Position numbers and translations under genes: made by a program | NCBI GenBank assembly: GCA_963798085.1 | Contig: CAWCRS010000003.1 | Coordinates: 544,001 to 608,000 of the forward strand | Direction: 5' to 3' | Source of the DNA: an uncultured Gemmatimonadales bacterium | GTDB lineage: Bacteria; Gemmatimonadota; Gemmatimonadetes; Longimicrobiales; RSA9 | Length of the DNA: 64,000 bases | The notes under the pieces: generated by a model | Told to the model about the DNA's origin: nothing | What the model saw: the letters and a program-made list of their open reading frames with translations, nothing else | The model's database searches: none | Part shown: one piece after another, positions 61,475-64,000 of the stretch | How positions within the stretch are numbered: the stretch's first letter is position 1 | How the letters are laid out: each line of letters begins with the position of its first letter

Positions 61475-62751
61475 GATATCCCCTCCGTGACTGTGAAGCG
61501 CGCTTCCTTCGCCGGGAAGGACACGGGCAGCGGATCGCGTGCGAGTCGCTGACTGCGCGCGGCCACCCGCAGCTCCACGATGAGTCGCACGAGCGCCGCT
61601 CGACACACGAACAGGATCAGGTCACGGCCCGGGCAGGCGCGCGGGCCGCGCAGGAACAGGTTGGATGCGGCGGCCGCCGCATCGGGCTGCGTCTCGAGCC
61701 AGCGCTCGGGGCGGAAATGGTGCACGGTCGGGCCGAGCGCGTCGTCGCGCTGGAGCAGCGGGAACCAGTGCACGTACTCGGTCTCGCCCTTCGACGTCTG
61801 TGCATGGTGGAAGGTGCGCGTGACCGGCGGGAACAGTCGACCGGTCTCGAGGATGCACGCGTTCAGGTACGGCAGGCGCTCGATGGACGCGGCGCGATCC
61901 GCCGGCCCCGCGCCCGCAATCTCCTCGCGCACGCGCCGTCGCACTTCCGCGCGCGACGTCACGAGCGCCAGCGTGCGCGCCAGCAGGTCCGTGCCCGATC
62001 CGGTGAACGTGAACATCCAGTGCGGAATCTGTTCGAGCAGTGCGTCGAGGCTGGTGCCGGGCGCCAGGGCGCGGGCGTGTGCAATCAGTGCAGGCGACGA
62101 TGCAGCTTCCGCCTCCCAGCACGCTTCCAGTGTGTCGTAGAGCCGGCGCCGCCGCTCGCGGTAGCGGAACCCGAGCAGCTTGCGGCGCATTGGCGACTGC
62201 ACGGCATCGAACAGGACGCGTACGTCCTCGGCCGGATCCACGCCCGCGGGTACGCTGCGGCCCAGCACGATAGGCACCATGGCGCGGCCCATGGCGGCGC
62301 GCAGGCCGTGCACATTCGTCACCGGCAGGGCGAACGCGGCACGCACGGCGTCCAGGTAGTGCTGCGCGGCCGGGTGAGCCTCGCCGGTGTGCAGGACGTG
62401 CTCGTTGAAGGGCCGCAGCTCGTGCCACGCCTCGCCATTGGCAATGGTGAGTGCGTGCGGCGCCAGGAAGCTCATCGCGCCGGTCTTGAGGCGCCCGGCC
62501 GTTGCACCCGCGGGCGAGGGTGGTGTGGAGAGGAGCGCGTCGGAACGCCCGCGATCGGCGACGATCTCGAACTCCGTGTTACCCAGCCTGAAGCCGGGAT
62601 CGCCGCCACGGTCCCGGCGCACCACATTGCGCAGCCAGTGACACAGTATCTCTCCGGTGTCGCGGGGCCGGCGCAGCAGGCCCGAGCCCAGGCGCGCGCC
62701 CAGGCGGACGACGTCGCCAGCTCCGATCCGTGCGCCACCGCCCTTCGCCAT
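61471..62751 (-). CDS. Cytochrome P450 with non-canonical I-helix
   Basis: ETGR (ExxR), FRPERW, FLRGPRACPG heme-Cys motif; I-helix region HWMFTFTGSGTD; ATG 62751. Confidence 0.9.
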   Translation of the reverse strand: MAKGGGARIGAGDVVRLGARLGSGLLRRPRDTGEILCHWLRNVVRRDRGGDPGFRLGNTEFEIVADRGRSDALLSTPPSPAGATAGRLKTGAMSFLAPHALTIANGEAWHELRPFNEHVLHTGEAHPAAQHYLDAVRAAFALPVTNVHGLRAAMGRAMVPIVLGRSVPAGVDPAEDVRVLFDAVQSPMRRKLLGFRYRERRRRLYDTLEACWEAEAASSPALIAHARALAPGTSLDALLEQIPHWMFTFTGSGTDLLARTLALVTSRAEVRRRVREEIAGAGPADRAASIERLPYLNACILETGRLFPPVTRTFHHAQTSKGETEYVHWFPLLQRDDALGPTVHHFRPERWLETQPDAAAAASNLFLRGPRACPGRDLILFVCRAALVRLIVELRVAARSQRLARDPLPVSFPAKEARFTVTEGIS

Positions 62752-62752
62752 G

Positions 62753-64000
62753 TCAGCGGCCCTTGAAGGACGGATCCTGCTGTGCTTCCGCGCGAGCGCG
62801 CCAGCCAATGCCGTAGTAGCTGCCACGATCGCGCCCCCATGGATCGAAGGCGTTGATCACGCCTTTCAGCTCGGGCGCCAGCTCGGGCATGGTGCGCAGC
62901 AGGATGCGCTTCATGGGCGACACGACTTCCTCGTGTCCGTTGGGTTTGCCTGCCTCGTTCTCGACGTCCGGTCCGTTGTTGTTGACCCAGTCGACGCCCA
63001 GCTGCGAGTAGAACTCGGGCCGGAAGCTGGATGTGAAGAAGCGATCGCTGAAGAGGCGCCGCGACGCGTTGATGATGAAAACCGTGAACTGCGTCTCGGA
63101 GATGGCGAAGCCGTGCGGCCGCGTGGACTCGGCCAGCCAGCCCACCACGGTATCCAGGTCCTCGATGTTGTCCACCACGGTGCCATCGGGATGACCCAGG
63201 CAGTCGGTGACGAACTTGCCGTTCAGCTTCTGCGCGCCGGTGATCTGCTTCGAGTCGTCGCATCTGTGCGTGCCGTAGATCGCGCGCAGCTTCTGCACGT
63301 ACGCCTGTTCCCGCTGCTTCTCCGCCGATGTGTCGGGCAGGCTGACGTTGATGAAGTCATCGAAGCTGCTCAGGCTCTGCAGCCCGTACTGGCGGCGGAA
63401 CTCGTTGAAGCGGGGAATGCCGCGCTCGCGGTCGCGCAGGATGTCGAGTGCGGCCACATCCAGTTGATTCGTTCTGCTGTGCAGCCGCGGCATGGGCAGG
63501 TTCTGCAGGAACATGGGGTGATTGTCCAGCGTCAGCAGGCCCAGCCGCTGCCGGCCCATGGTAACAGCCCAGTTCGCGAGCCCGCCATCGTGCATGGCAT
63601 TGGTTGCCAGGCCGCGGAATGTGTTCACCACAGGCACCGGCTTCTCGACCTCGTTCGGTCTTCTGGTATTCGCGGAACTCGAGCAGGTCGGGCACCAGCG
63701 GGTGCAGGCGGTATACGGTGACGAACTCCTCCGGGAAATTGAAGGGCGAGCCGAAGTGGTTCACACCGCGATTCAGGTCCTTCGGCTGTCCGGCATTCCA
63801 GCGGCGTTCTGGCTGCCCAGGCCGAAGATGCCGGCGCCCGATGCGAACACGGAGTACCACAGGGTCTCGTCGCGTTCGTTGAAGGACTGTCCGAAGTGCT
63901 GCACGGCGGCCTTCTCGAGTGCGCGTGACACGCTGTTATCGCCGCGCACCAGGCCGTGCCAGTTCGCGTTCATGGCGCTGGTAGAGCGGCTCGTCGTAGA
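62753..64000 (-). CDS. Fatty-acid alpha-dioxygenase (PIOX)-like heme peroxidase, 5'-truncated, frameshifts at ~63660, ~63800 and ~63980
   Basis: EEFVTVYRLHPLVPD (catalytic Tyr, proximal His), DVAALDILRDRERGIPRFNEFRR and GFAISETQF..FIINASRRLFSDRFFT match alpha-DOX signature segments of the peroxidase-cyclooxygenase superfamily. Confidence 0.85.

Overview
High-GC bacterial chromosome segment. The gene repertoire (PadR + orphan duplicated permease cassettes, Gly-rich secreted propeller proteins) suggests Gemmatimonadota or a similar lineage; this is inference only. The left part (1-21.4 kb) is mostly housekeeping: an SPT-like PLP enzyme with an NAD epimerase, PhhB, class III aminotransferase, LD-carboxypeptidase, PduO, ferredoxin, thioesterase, peroxiredoxin, FadI, an Eis-like GNAT, a HAD hydrolase, a suf operon with a canonical promoter and Fur-like box, and Ada. 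The middle (21.6-55.3 kb) is accessory: secreted hydrolases, YceI/HxlR, a Rieske-membrane triad and four PadR-ADOP permease cassettes. The standout is the right end (55.4-64 kb), a tightly packed minus-strand operon that runs off the window. It encodes a fatty-acid alpha-dioxygenase-like heme peroxidase, an atypical P450, a small conserved hypothetical protein, two paralogous RoxA/MauG-motif di-heme c cytochromes, a catalase-fold heme protein, a membrane protein and an ICMT-type methyltransferase, and is a candidate undescribed oxylipin/lipid-hydroperoxide pathway. Many genes carry single-base frameshifts, five of them the identical AGATG>AGAATG insertion, which points to long-read consensus error, possibly linked to a methylated motif. 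No rRNA, tRNA, CRISPR or transposase was recognised.
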